Positions 1 through 22,711 of a DNA stretch of 64,000 nucleotides are shown piece by piece (positions within the stretch are counted from its first letter, which is position 1; each line of letters starts with the position of its first letter). The notes under the pieces were generated by a model. That model was not told the DNA's origin. It did no database searches and was given only the letters and a program-made list of their open reading frames with translations. The stretch covers positions 357,539 to 421,538 of the forward strand of contig NIVC01000875.1 in assembly GCA_002269645.1 (NCBI GenBank). The letters are read 5' to 3'. Position numbers and translations under genes: made by a program. The stretch is from Macrostomum lignano (Eukaryota).

Positions 1-508
1 GGACAGGCCAGGTTAAGCAAACAATCGGGAGTATTGTTACAATAATTAGGATCACAATAATTGCCCCTCTTTAGCTCTTTCTTGCAATCGATCACTCACT
101 CCCCTACACTCCCCCTATTCCACTCTGCAGGCACTCCGCAGCCACTTCAGATCCCACTATCGTATTTTAATGCAACTGAAATACTTTTTTGGAACAGTGA
201 ACATGGTCTTGAGGCGCCTCAGATCCCCACTCGCTTAACAGTTCACTGTAACTACTATGCTCCCAGAGCGAAAGCTTGATCTACAAGCAACAATAATACT
301 TGCTTCTAGGAGGGGCAAGGAAAAATGTTTGCTTTCATTTGTGCTGTTGGGCAGAGTGACGGATTAATTGATCCAGAAGAGTTGTTGGGACACGGACAAA
401 CATTTGGGTCACGGTTTTCAACTCTAAGTTGCTCATGATGAATGATTACCTGCACGATGTGCAAGTCAAGCTTATATTCTTGGGTATAAAAATACGTACG
501 GCATTTCA

Positions 509-1720
509 CACACCTGAGTGTCTATAGAGACATCCCACACACCTGAGTGTTTATAGAGACATTTCACACACCTGAGTGTCTATGGAGACATCCCACACAT
601 CTGAGTGTCTATAGAGACATCCCACACACCTGAGTGTCTATAGACATCCCACACACTTGAGTGTCTATAGAGACATCCCACACACCTGAGTGTCTATAGA
701 GACATCCCACACACCTGAGTGTCTGTAGAGACATCCCTCACACCTGAGTGTCTATAGAGACATCCCACACACCTGAGTGTCTATAGAGACATCCCTCACA
801 CCTGAGTGTCTATAAAGACATCCCACACACATAAGTGTCTATAGAGACATCCCACACACCTGAGTGTCTATAGAGACATCCCACACACCTGAGTGTCTGT
901 AGAGACATCCCTCACACCTGAGTGTCTATAGAGACATCCCACACACATGAGTGTCTGTAGAGACATCCCTCACACCTGAGTGTCTATAGAGACATCCCAC
1001 ACACATGAGTGTCTATAGAGACATCCCACACATATTAGTGTCTATAGAGACATCCCACACACCTGAGCGTCTATAGAGACATCCCACACACCTGAGCGTC
1101 TATAGAGACATCCCACACACCTGAGTGTCTATAGAGACATCCCACACACCTGAGCGTCTATAGAGACATCCCACACACCTGAGCGTATATAGAGACATCC
1201 CACACACCTGAGTGTCTATAGAGACATCCCACAAACCTGAGCGTCTATAGAGACATCCCACACACCTGAGTGTCTATAGAGACATCCCACACACCTGAGT
1301 GTCTATAGAGACATCCCACACACCTGAGCGTCTATAGAGACATCCCACACACCTGAGCGTCTATAGAGACATCCCACACACCTGAGTGTCTATAGAGACA
1401 TCCCACACACCTGAGCGTATATAGAGACATCCCACACACCTGAGTGTCTATAGAGACATCCCACACACCTGAGCGTATATAGAGACATCCCACACACCTG
1501 AGCGTCTATAGAGACATCCCACACACCTGAGTGTCTATAGAGACATCCCACACACCTGAGCGTCTATAGAGACATCCCACACACCTGAGCGTATATAGAG
1601 ACATCCCACACACCTGAGCGTCTATAGAGACATCCCACACACCTGAGTGTCTATAGAGACATCCCACTCAGTTGAGTGTCAATAGAGACATCCCACACTG
1701 TTGCAGTAGACTTGAGTGTC
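509..1720. repeat. 31-bp minisatellite (cacacctgagtgtctatagagacatcccaca)n, about 39 copies
   Basis: Direct tandem repeat read from the sequence. Confidence 0.95.
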
Positions 1721-1775
1721 TATATAGACATTTGGACACACTTGAGCATCCAGAAACATTGCAATCCAAACTCAC

Positions 1776-11243
<9,468 letters not shown>

Positions 11244-14153
11244 CTTAGCCGACTCGCTAAACACCGCTGCAGTTGTCACCTTTGACGGCTGGGACGGCGA
11301 TCCGGGCATCGGCTTTTGATGCGTTCTCAACCTGGCCGCTGGGACCTTGGCGGCGTCTCGTTTTCTTCTTCTTTGAACTTTGCTCAGAACGGCGTTGTGT
11401 AATTTAATTTTTTAAACTTTTTGAATCGGCCCGGCTATGCAAACAGGCGATTGTCACCTTCTGCCAGTTGGAACGCAGGTAAATAATTGTTCGAGTAAGG
11501 GGGGGGGTGCTGTCAGACTTAACTTTTGAGGCTGTGAGCAGGGCTTGGCACTGCCGTTATTATCATTATAGTTGAGTCTGTAGCCAACCTGTTCAGGCCG
11601 TATGACTAATAGGAGATGTTGGGGCCGCGGGTCAAGAGGATTTTTTATCGCGTCTTTGTACCGCCCGTCGTGTCGTTGTGGGAGATTTTCTCCTCTTTCT
11701 TTATTTCTCTTTGGCTCTCAGTCGGTTTGAGCCGCACGTTGGTAATTTTTTTCTCACCAGTGAGTAAATAGTTGAATGCGATTCACCTTCAGAGAGCGGA
11801 GCGAGTTTAAATGGCGGAAGGAACTGAGAGGAGCTGCATGCAAGGGTAGTCTAAAACTTTAATGTTCCGCGCGAGACCTTTGGCCCTGACAGGACCTGAG
11901 CGAGAGGGGGTTGTGCTTGCGGGGTAGCGGGGCAGGACCCTCCCTTATGGTTAGAGAAAGGTCTAGTGGTCTGCCAACTCAGGCAACAGTAGTCGAACCA
12001 ACCAATCCGCAGCTTCGGCCCAAAGCAGTTCGTCCAATGGTAGCCGGTCTCCTGTGCCTGCCTCTTGGTCTTGCCAGTGCATTTTTCTTTAGTGGGTATC
12101 GTGTTAAAGACAATTGGGACATAGGGAAAGAAATATGGAATGGCGCCCCTCCGATCCGATATGAAAAGGCGCCCCTGTCAAATTAAACGGCGCGGCCCTC
12201 TCTCATAGTAAATGGCGTCCCCTAATATAAAATGACGCCTCTCTCATTTGATATGGCACCCTTCTCAAGAATAGCACATCCGCTCCTATATGAAATGGCA
12301 CCCTCTCAAATAAAATGGGTACGCTTCTCTCAAATGAAATAGCGCCCCCTAAAACGGAATGGCGTCCCTCGGGATGAAATTCATGTACCCCTTCAAATTA
12401 AGTGAAATTGAGGATTTGATTGGGTGAAATGAGATATACTCGTACATATACTCGTACATGTAAATAATCTGAAATATTTAAAATACGCAGATGCCGATCG
12501 ATACTCATAGCTCGCTAATTCGCAATGTCGTAGTTCTAATGCTTGTATATTTAAGAAACAAAAGCATGAATAAAATATCTAATTTAATAACGAAAAGCTA
12601 ACCCAGAATTATAAAATAGCTGCAATAAGGTTACGGATGTCGGTTCAAGCTTGGGGATCTGTCTCGCACTACAAACACGGGCTTTCCAACACTATCTTAC
12701 AACACTTAGGATGATAATTCCATTCGAAAAATTGAAAAGTTAGAGAAATGCTGAGTAGCTGGCTACCTAATTACATGTGCATGTACATGTACATCTGTAT
12801 AGATGACGGCATGCGCGTCAATGCTTAGCTGGACATGCAATTTAAATTAAGTTTGCTTGAATTTCGCTTACATTGTGTAGGAAACATGAGCTATTATGAA
12901 TTGTATAACTTCTAGTTGATCACTTCATGAATCTTTTAGTTTCAAAAAAATTAAATTCGGCCACATATACAGATTGAAAATAATCATTTGAACTTTAATT
13001 TCTTTAAATAACGATTAAGTTCAAGATTTAGGTCATGAGCTAAGATGTTTTACTTTAAATTAAAACTAAGTTAAACTCTATCTGACTCGATTAGGAATTT
13101 AAATTTATTAAAAATGGTAGTTACCACAGTCATTTAGCGGGATTTGTCACTTCACATATTAAATTAAAACAAACTGAACGAATAGAATTTAAATATAGTG
13201 AGTAAAATATAATTAAACTTGTAAAATTAATGGCAAAAAATATACGATAGAAAATAATTACGTTATAAAGGTTATTTATAATGACTTTGTCGGCGTGGTA
13301 GCAACAAGGGGTCCTCTCAAAGAGCTTAAAGCTACAATTTTTGAAGTTCTTTTTTCACTTGATCGAGCGTTGGTTTCTTGCTCTAGCGAAGCGAAACAAA
13401 CACACTTAGAGTGGATAGCTAAGCATGAAAACTCGTCAAGATTATCGACGCGTAAAGCTGTCAGTTACAACATGTCGTCACGTGGTAGCTGGTTTGGCTT
13501 CCTTATAAGCTTAAGTCAAAGTGTCTGCAGTTCCTACAATTTGCACTTAATATGTTTTAGATAGATAAGCTAGAAATTTAGTAATATTTATTTACCGTTA
13601 TGTAATATACTGTGTATATTTTATAAGAGATAAACATCCTTTTTGGAGTAAAAGAAATGACGAGGCTGCAGTTAACTATTACCAGAAAGTACTCGTATTA
13701 CTTTTATCTTTCAAAATTTCGATTGGATTTAAGATTTAAGTATATGAGCTAAGATTTTGTGCTTTTAGTGTCTAAATTGAAAACTTCACTTTAAAATCAC
13801 ATTCGAGTCTTTTAAGAAATTTAAATTTATTTTTAAATTAGTATTAACAGTAAATAAATAGCAATAATATATAATGTCAAAGCTAGCTATTTTTTTGTCA
13901 TGGCAGCAAAACCAAATGCTTGAGAAGTTTTTTAGTTTAATGTTTAAGAATGAATAATTAGATTTAATTTTATTAGATTTTTTTAATGAAAGGAATTTTT
14001 TGGTTCGTTCAATTCGAGAGTCAAATAACCAGACAGTTAGCAATTTCATTTTGAATTTCAAATCGACATAATTTTCTTCATGCTCTATAATCGTCAGGAT
14101 TAATCCAGCCTCCCAAGTTAGCCGACAAGTCTAGTCAAGAAAGCAATTCAACA

Positions 14154-17108
14154 ATGGTGTACAACTACACTAAGCCCCGCGGGCCAGTGGCCGCCATGTA
14201 CAGCAGCCCCGGGCCAAAGTACGGCCTACCCGGCCTGGTTGGCCATCCGCACCATGACCCCCGCTCCGTACACAACCGCGGCCCGGCATATCCGTTCGGC
14301 GTTCGTCACGGCAAATATGCCGACGACTCGAGTCCGGGACCTTGCTACATGCCGCAGGAGAAGACTTATCGTGACGGTCGGGACGCGGCGCCGCAGTTCT
14401 CCCTATATGGCAGGCCGCGGGACAGCACCGCGTTCTCGGCTCCGGGACCGGGCGCCTACCGGCCCGAGGCGACATCAATGGACAAAGCGCCCAGCTACAG
14501 CTTCGGGATGCGGCACCAGCAGTTCCGGACTGACAACACGCCTGGTGAGTCTTGAAGGGTCTCAGGATGGTGTGTCTGCCAGGATGATGTGTCTCAAGAT
14601 GTTGTGTCTCTGGTTGTTGTGTCTGCCAGGATGATGTGTCTCAAGATGTTGTGTCTCTGGCTGTTGTGTCTCAGGATGGTGTGTCTTTCAGGATGTTGTA
14701 TCTCAGGATGTTGTGTCTCAGGATGGTGTGTCTGTCAGGATGATGTGTCTCAAGATGTTGTGTCTTTGGCTGTTGTGTCTCAGGATGGTGTGTCTGTCAG
14801 GATGATGTGTCTCAAGATGTTGTGTCTTTGGCTGTTGTGTCTCAGGATGGTGTGTCTGTCAGGATGATGTCTCAAGATGTTGTATCTCAGGATGTTGTAT
14901 TTCAGGATGTTGTATCTCAGGATGTTGTATTTCAGGATGTTGTATCTCAGGATGTTGTATCTCAGGATGTTGTGTCTTTCAGGATGTTGTATCTCAGGAT
15001 GTTGTGTCTCAGGATGGTGTGTCTCAGGATGTTGTATCTCAGGATGTTGTATCTCAGGATGTTGTATCTCAGGATGTTGTATCTCAGGGTGTTGTGTCTT
15101 TCAGGTTGTTGTGTCTTTCAGGGTGTTGTCTTTCAGGGTGTTGTGTCTTTCAGGGTGTTGTGTCTTTCAGGTTGTTGTGTCTTTCAGGGTGTTGTCTTTC
15201 AGGGTGTTGTGTCTTTCAGGGTGTTGTGTCTTTCAGGGTGTTGTGTCTTTCAGGGTGTTGTGTCTTTCAGGTTGTTGTGTCTTTCAGGGTGTTGTGTCTT
15301 TCAGGTTGTTGTGTCTTTCAGGATGTTGAGACTTTTGTTGTTGTTGTATCTCAGGATGTTGTCTCAGTGCATCAGCATGATATTTCTAACGATCGTTTAA
15401 GTAGCTATGGTGAATGCATGCCTTCCAAAAACCGCATCTTAACCCCTACAGGCCCCAACGCTTACTTACCCGACAGTATGGTGGGCAGAAGCATTCGCAG
15501 CCAGAAGAAGTCCGCGCCGGCCTATTCGCTCACGGGTCGCTCCAAGAACGGCGGGTTTCACGAGGATTTGCAGAAGGTGCGCTGGCAGCTCTGAGAAAAT
15601 CTTTGCGTACTTATCGGCATTTGGCGAGGTGCTTTCTCACCCAGGCTGGGTTATTGTGTCCAACCAGCATACATGTAAAAGTAAAAGCTCCGGAGTTCAA
15701 TGCCTTGGCATGGCCGCAATAAGATTCAATGTGAATCCACCATTAGCAATCCAGCCCGATAAAGACTTGTGTCTTCTTTACTCTCCTCTATCCCCTCTCC
15801 TCTCTCCTCTCTCCCCTCTCCTCTCTCCTCTCTCCCCTCTCCCCTCTCCCTCTCCTCTCTCCTCTCTCCTCTCTCCTCTCTCCTCTCTCCCCTCTCCTCT
15901 CTCCCCTCTCCCCTCTCCTCTCTCCCTCTCCTCTCTCCTCTCTCCTCTCTCCTCTCTCCTCTCTCCTCTCTCCTCTCTCCCCTCTCCTCTCTCCCCTCTC
16001 CTCTCTCCTCTCTCCTCTCTCCTCTCTCCCCTCTCCTCTCTCCCCTCTCCTCTCTCCCCTCTCCTCTCTCCTCTCTCCTCTCTCCCCTCTCCCCTCTCCT
16101 CTCTCCTCTCTCCCTCTTCTCTCTCCCTCTTCTCTCTCCTCTCTCCCCTCTCTTCTCTCCTCTCTCCCCTCTCCTCTTTCCTCTTTCCTCTCTCCTCTCT
16201 CCCCTCTCCCCTCTCCTCTCTCCTCTCCCCACTCTCTTCTCTCCTCTCTCCTCTCTCCTCTCCCCACTCTCTTCTCTCCTCTCTCCTCTCTCCTCTCTCC
16301 CCTCTCCTCTCTCCCCTCTCCCCTCTCCCTCTTCCCTCTCCTCTCCTCTCTCCCCTCTCTTCTCTTCTCTCTCCCCTCTCCTCTCTCCTCTCCCCCCTCT
16401 CTTCTCTTCTCTCCCCTCTCTTCTCTCCTCTCTCCTCTCTCCACTCTCCCCTCTCTCCTCGTTCCTCTCTTTTGTTGAAAACTTGAACTCTCAAACCCAA
16501 CATGCAACGATCCGCAGACTCCGGGTCCAGGCGCTTACAACACCACCCAGTCGACGCACTACAGGAGCAGCGCCCCCAGCTACAGCATGACCAGCCGGAA
16601 CGCCATGCCAGGGGACACCACCGTGAAGCCGGGGCCTGGCGCCCACTCGCCCGAGAAGGTGAGTCACTAACACCCGATTTTTATTTGGGACTATTATCAT
16701 ATAGTATTGCACAATTTCACAAGCAATTTCACATGTAGCCAATCGTTTGTATGGCTCTACGTCAGTTGATAGAATCTCAGTACGCAAATAAGTCAAACCA
16801 AATGTGTTGACTCTTAATGGTGTACATTTTAGATCTTGCTTCTCTTGTGTGACGTCACCCCATAGAGAACTATTTTTAGAACGCTAGGCCTTCCCACCAC
16901 AATGACAGTCGGAAAAGCCACACACATTGAAGTTAGTGGTGAATCATATTTTCAGGCTGAAAAGCTAAATTACGAGTAATAACTATTCAACTTCACAATT
17001 CATTTCCAGGTGTACGACAATTCGAAAAAAGCCGCCCCAAAGCACAGCTTCGGAATCCGGCACTCGCAGTACAAGGGCGAGTTCATCACGGGTGCCGACT
17101 TGGATTGA
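14154..17108 (+). CDS. ODF3: Outer dense fiber protein 3 / SHIPPO-1 (CIMAP1) family ciliary microtubule-associated protein, 251 aa
   Basis: Exons 14154-14544, 15452-15576, 16518-16658 and 17010-17108, all GT-AG with phases 1,0,0. Repeated (S/T)PGPGAY-type SHIPPO motifs with APxYS(F/M/L)G spacers. N-terminus PRGPVAAMYSSPGPKYGLP is typical of the family. Confidence 0.93.
14568..15365. repeat. ~15-bp minisatellite (gatgttgtatctcag / ggtgttgtgtctttca) in ODF3 intron 1
   Basis: Tandem degenerate units. Confidence 0.9.
15780..16470. repeat. CT-rich (polypyrimidine) low-complexity tract in ODF3 intron 2
   Basis: Almost only C and T. Confidence 0.95.
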
Positions 17109-17949
17109 GGACCGCGAAAGACAAATTTGACAAATTAACCAAAGAGATTCCTCAGCTTGCACCAACCGCTTGCTTGCTTGCGTGTTTTTTTGGAAAAAAT
17201 CAGAATCAAGAATTCGGCTATTTGTTTTTTTCACTCTAGTGTTTTTCCTGTTGCCCGATATTTTTCTCTGCTTTGAATTTCAGTTTCAGCTTTTTGTGCC
17301 GCTTGATTTTTTTAGTTTCGGGGGTGTTTTTTGTTTTTGCGCAGAGCACGCTGATTTACTCCTGCTCATACTGCTGATTCACATCTCATTAGCACCTGGG
17401 AATGCCGGTTAGCAACTAGTTAGCAACTAGTCAAACAACAATAAGGCTTATGCTTGTATAATTCAGTTTTTTCATATAGTTTTTTGTGTTCCTAGTCACT
17501 TTTTTCGTTAAAAAATCCTTTTATCTACTGTTAGTAGAGTTGCAAAAAAACGAGAAAAAAACAATTTCGCTGTTTTTCTTTTTTAATGCAAAGCAATTTC
17601 TAGCAAAAAGTAACAGACAGCCATGCGATTAATTTTGATACCTTATAAATGTGTGTTCAATATATCAATACAATAGTGCAATATTTGCAGAGCTAACTTT
17701 GTCAATGGACTTCAAACACTGAAGTGGTTCTTTTAAAAACTGTCACGACGCTTCCTTATTGTCATTGTTTTTACGGCTCTTTCTTTGAACAAATAGTTAA
17801 TCTATTAACAATTGCAGCCCGTAACAAAGAGTTTGACTCAACAATAACAATGTACATTCAAATATTGAAGCAGACACTGCTGTCAAGAACACGGGTCGGG
17901 CAAAATATTTTTATCTCAAGGGTCAGGTGTAGAGACCCTGGAGCATGAC

Positions 17950-18655
17950 TCCGAGCCAGAGGAGGGCAGAGAGGAGAGGGAATAGAGAAAAGACGAAGGA
18001 ACTAGGAGAAAGGAGAGACGAATGAATTAAAAAACGAGGAGATGAAAGGAAAGAAGAGATTAATTAAGAGAGAGGAGAAATGAGAAAGGAGAGAGGAGAG
18101 AGGAGAGAGGAGAGATGAGAGATGAGAGATGAGAGATGAGAGATGAGAGATGGGGGATGAGAGGTGAGAAAGAAAAGATGAGAGAGGAGAGAGGAGAGAG
18201 GAGAGAAGAGAGATGAGAGATGGGGGATGAGAGGTGAGAAAGAAGAGATGAGAGAGTAGAGAGGAGAGAGGAGAGAAGAGAGATGAAAGATGAGAGATGA
18301 GAGATGAGAGATGGGGGATGAGAGGAGAGAGGAGAGATGAGAGACGAGAGATGGGGGATGAGAGGGGAGAGATGAGAGATGAGAGAGGAGAGATGAGAGA
18401 GGAGAGATAAAATAGGAGAGATGAGAGATGAGAGATGAGAGATGAGAGATGGGGGATGAGAGAGGAGAGATGAGAGATGAGAGATGAGAGATAAGAGATG
18501 AGAGACGAGAGACGAGAGAGGAGAGAGGAGAAGAATGATGAGAAGAGCTGAGGAGAGAGGAGAAAAGGGAGAGAGGAGAAAAGGGATAGAAAAGGAGAGA
18601 GGAGAAAAAGAAAAGTGAGAGAAGATTAGAGAGAAGAGCGATGAGAAGAGACACA
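17950..18655. repeat. GA-rich low-complexity tract with (gagat)n units
   Basis: Direct reading. Confidence 0.93.
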
Positions 18656-18788
18656 AACCTTGAGTTTCACGGACCCGAGGGCCGTATAGAGAAGCTATTC
18701 GCAAGTTAATCGTATTAAATAACAATGCATGTATTCGATTTATTGTAGATATTTTCTACTAAATAAATAGGCATTATAGCACAAGCTT

Positions 18789-20179
18789 TCATTTCGAAAT
18801 CTCAAAGGAATGACGCCACACGGCAGACTCGTCCAGGTTGATGCGAAACGCTTTGATCATAAACCTGCCGACCCTCTGCGACCAGCTGAGCACCGCCAGC
18901 TGCTCCATGTCGGAGTCCCACATGATGCACTGCGGCCCGCCGCTGCGAACCGTCGACTTCTTTGTTGCCACCATAAAGTCGTCGATTTTGTGCAGCTTCG
19001 GCCGGGGCAACCTGGCGTCGAACCGGTAGCAGCGGAGCTGACGATCGGACGAGCTGGAGACGAAAAGGACGCCGCGTTTCTGGTCGTAGGTGAGATACTT
19101 GGCGCCCGCGGTGAAGTCTGCGCCTGCGTGGGTGAAAGTTAATGCCCAGAATTATACACTGGATGGAGCTTGAAGACCAGAAACAAGTCTCTTGAGGCAA
19201 TTCTGCCCATTTTGCTGACTCCTAAGAACACTATAAAGCGCGTGGACACTGTAAACAGACAGGCACCCATACCCAGAATGTTTAAGAATGTATAACAATA
19301 ACAACAACAAAATAATTCTCCTTCCAGCCACTCAGTGTACAGAAAAGGTGGGGGGAGAAGTCAGAGAGCTGCGCGTCTCTGGGCCATAGCCTTCAAAAAG
19401 TCACCCCCCTTCCAGCTTGGTCCGGGGCACCAGCATCCAGTCAAAAGTCGGTCAGGGTATCTCGCGGCTCAGGACAGCGGGCCTTCGACCGGATGACGTG
19501 ACCAGCCAGTCGAAGTCGTCGCCCGCGCAGCAGGTCAGAAGGCCGCCTCAGGTATAGAGCGCGGCATTGGTATCGCTGCCTGGACCGCTAACACATTCCA
19601 TGCTCAGCGACCATCTGCCTCTCCAAGCTGCCTCAACCGTCAGGGTCTAGGTCTCGACGTTGTACAACAAGACAGTCTCAACTACTGCCTGAGCTCTGAG
19701 CTCACCCAGGGCTCCAGGGCTGTGCGCTCTGCGCTCAATTCTTAGAATTTATAACTGCCTTGACTTTCTCGTTGTCAGGCATGAACACTCTCTGTATGGC
19801 CTTGGCGGTTGGGCTAAACTCCCTGATAGATAGATCTCTTTTAGTTTTGTTTCTTCAATCTGTTTAGAGTTTAAAATGACAACAATATTTCACCTATAAG
19901 ACAACTGGATAGTTTAAAGCTTACTGAAAAAATTAACCTTGTTTTCGAAAAAGATTTTACAGAAAACATTACGAAAGTGCTTACCGCATTCTGCCACAAC
20001 AGACATTGTCTCCGTGTCGAACACAACAATGTCCGCATCGATGTTCGACACGAACAAGAACTGAGTATGTTTGCCGTTTGGCAGGGCAATGGGCTGACTC
20101 ATGCAGCAGTCGAATGGTCTCCATAGGGTGCCGAAATAATCGATTGAATTTTTGTCCAAGTCGCTCGTCTGTTTGAGAG

Positions 20180-20259
<80 letters not shown>

Positions 20260-21199
20260 CAGATAGATAGACAGATAGATAGATAAATAGATGGATTGAT
20301 GGATAGATAGATAGACAGACTTACATTGATTCGCAGCACACAGTTCCTGGCCTTTTGAATCAGGTAAAGGTAGGTTCCACTATTGTCAGCCGTTATTGAG
20401 GTCACGCAGCCAATGGGTCCCAGGCTGAGCACCTGCTGTTGTGTCATGAGCTCGTCAAAGTGAACCAGGTTTATTGACCCATTCAACTGGACCAGAGCGT
20501 ACATGGTAGAATCGGAGACCTGCACCAAGTCGCACAGTTTATGCTGCCAAGAGAGCACCTGTATGATAGTTAAGCAAAAATCAGATAAAGTGAGTTAACA
20601 ACGATAGTTACGAGCGTATTATTGGTAGACATTCGTAGAGATCAGTAGCATAAGCTCCAGCCCTCTACAATAGCGAAAACAGATCCCAGTTACTCAGAGA
20701 CGAATGCACTTGCATCCAAATAGTAGGGCACGTTCGACCCCGAACTCGCAGCATTCGTTGGCATCTCAGTTTTTGGCGTCATTTCTTGGAAACCGTAGAC
20801 ACCGTAAATGAGGAGCCGCTGGGCTGAGTAGGGCAGGTGCCGGATTCTGATGGGATGATGGGGCAGCAGCACCTTGGCTATGTAAACCAAGTGGTTCTCG
20901 GTGACTACGGGCACAGAGATGTCGCTGTCTCGGTCTTGGCTGTTGTCTCGGTGTTTGGACAACAGCTTGGTGGACTGTTCCCGAGACTGGGCCGCCTTGG
21001 AGAAGGCCACCCGTTTAAGACAGTCTTCGGGCTTCCTCCTGACCGATAAATGCAGAGGCAGACCCGGCGCTCTGTCGGAATGGCTTCGAGAGGGCGAATT
21101 CGGTCGGCCGTCTGTCACCGGCTGAAATGACCATTGTTGAAACGATTTGAAATGACGAATTTGATCATTCATATGCTTTGTCCATGTCCATGTTGTCAT
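18789..21199 (-). CDS. Uncharacterised protein with probable beta-propeller (NHL/YVTN-like) C-terminal region
   Basis: Well-supported exons 20558-20325, 20168-19985 and 19123-18789 (stop) join in phases 0,0,1 with canonical sites (AAT|GTAAGT, TGCG|GTAAGC). Blade-like motifs: CVTSITADNSGTYLYL, QFLFVSNIDADIVVFD, KYLTYDQKRGVLFVSS. ORF 21199-20690 is the likely first exon but its donor is unresolved. Confidence 0.55.
20183..20320. repeat. (GATA)n microsatellite inside a 156-nt intron
   Basis: Between acceptor at 20169 and donor at 20324 of the minus-strand gene. Confidence 0.95.
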
Positions 21200-22711
21200 T
21201 GCTTTTCATGGGCGTAACTAGTTGTTTTTTAGTTTTTTGAAACTTTCGTCAGGCTCTCAGGAGTAGTCCGGAATGGTTAAAAACCCAAAAACATGAAAAT
21301 TTAGCTTACCTTCATTGGTGGTGGCAGCCAGATTTGTTAGTCTCCTATGTGCTTTCAATGAGAACTGGGTTTGAAATGGGGCCGATTTCAAATTTAAGCT
21401 GCTTTTTTATGAGCAAAAGTTTAGTTAATTTCATTAGGTCTCCACGCCTCTGTTGAAGTTCAGGTATACAAAATCAATCCCCATGAAGAATCTCCCCACC
21501 CTAATCCCCCCATTCCCCATGTTCCAGTTGATGGGTTGAAGCTGCATAAAAATAATGCCAAAATTTGAAATCAGCACCATCAAAAACCAATTTTGATTTA
21601 GAGACATAATTACTATCCTATCAAAACTGCAACTTATATACCTATAATTCAAGAAGTCTCATTACTGCCCATTCGGCCGATTCCCCTGAGCGCAGGCACA
21701 CAAGCCAAACGCACAGGCACACACTCACACAGGAGTGTACAGCGGCCCTAACTTTATATTATCGCTAGGCATGTACACTTCACTGCGCCTTTGGGGGGGG
21801 GTTGGACCTCAATGGCGTTAATTGCACGAGCAGAGCCAAGCCGAGATTCCAATTTAGCCCCAAATAATTGTGACCGCACTTGGGAATCGAGCCTAGACCA
21901 CTGGCACACCAGAGCTGGCACACAATTATTTACACACAAATTAGAAATATTTACCCTGCCATTTTTTTCTTCGGCTGTAGTTCTCATTTTCGATGCAGTA
22001 AGCCTGGCACTCGAACCCGTGGCTTCGGAGCCCTTCTGCGTTGAAGTCTCGTCAGCCCTGCACCAGATGTAGTTCCCCAGGCTGGCAGAAGTTGCACCAA
22101 ATTTTATTCAATAATTTACGAGGAAATAAGATAGCCACAGGCTTCGCAAGGTTTATGAAATATTATTTATCATATAGCATCTCCGTCATCAAGCCAGCAT
22201 ATCCCGAACACTGTAGGGCTTTGACTGCCGAGGTGACTACCTCTTGGCCATAGACACTAGCAAGAGTAATTAATACTGCAAAACTCTAGGCAAGCATCGA
22301 TTTGAACTAATTTTTCTGATATATCTGGGTATTAAAAACCTTTCTAACCCGCCTCACGCCGCTGACAAGCTCAGTAGTAGTCTCGGAACATAGATAGAAT
22401 TTTTTGCGCAGCTTTTTCATTTTCAGAAACATTTTCAACAATAAAGTGAAAACAATATTTTCACGTAGATCGTTAACCAGGGTGTATTTATTAGTTGATT
22501 GATTACTTGTCAGTTTTATTAGCATTGGAACCCGTCACCAAAGGTAGTTCATAGAGCATGTCTAATTCATAGACTTCAGCGCTCATCTTGAGTAGATCTC
22601 AACTCTGAAAAATGGAGGTAAAAAATTAACTTATCTGATATGTTTAATATATTATTTCAATATTCGCAGGCCTTTTTATTAAATGGGAATCTCTCACCTT
22701 TCATGCTCAGA

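Noticed and set aside
509-1720. 31-bp arrays (also 49600-49955) as possible CRISPR arrays
   Set aside because: Units are head-to-tail with no unique spacers, there are no cas genes, and the context is eukaryotic.
17403-17430. RFX X-box-like TAGCAAC repeats near the ciliary ODF3 gene
   Set aside because: Only half-sites, located downstream of the stop codon; insufficient evidence.
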